Virus record (IMG/VR): IMGVR_UViG_2718218309_000003
Reading direction: 5' to 3' (one strand)
From: a virus
Taxonomy: Duplodnaviria; Heunggongvirae; Uroviricota; Caudoviricetes
Length of the DNA stretch: 28,981 nt
Shown: positions 1 to 28,981 of the stretch, piece after piece
Position numbering within the stretch: the first letter of the stretch is position 1
Layout: the number at the start of each line of letters is the position of its first letter
The notes under the pieces: generated by a model
Database searches by the model: none
The model's input: only the letters and a program-made list of their open reading frames with translations
Told to the model about the DNA's origin: nothing
Translations under genes and position numbers: made by a program

Positions 1-28981
<28,981 letters not shown>

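Overview
AT-rich 29-kb segment of a lambda-like tailed phage or prophage, read by hand from the sequence and the ORF track. Gene order on the + strand: small early/accessory genes (membrane protein, RHH-like, AP2-domain protein, hypotheticals, N6-adenine DNA methyltransferase), a tRNA gene with its own terminator, an OLD-family ATPase-Toprim nuclease on the - strand, then TerS, gpA-like TerL, gpB-like portal, an HK97-type prohead protease fused to scaffold and major capsid, head-tail genes, a 1160-aa tail fibre, major tail protein, G/T-like chaperones, tape measure, M/L/K/J-like tail-tip genes, a lysis region with a T4-type lysozyme on the - strand, and a GIY-YIG nuclease. The main result: most large genes appear fragmented in the ORF track, but every break sits at an in-frame CGG codon, and reading CGGN as a single residue (net +1) rejoins the frames and restores homology. 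I count 33 such sites in 12 genes; every other CGG I found in coding sequence (more than 100) is out of frame and silent, and I found no in-frame CGG used as an ordinary Arg codon. A tRNA-Gly-like gene at 2967-3038, with an enlarged anticodon loop containing UCCG (complementary to CGGA), is the obvious candidate decoder. Early, accessory and defence genes carry no such sites. All coordinates, frames and counts were derived manually, without tools, and need computational confirmation. Similarity statements are from remembered lambda, T4 and HK97 protein sequences, not from a database search.
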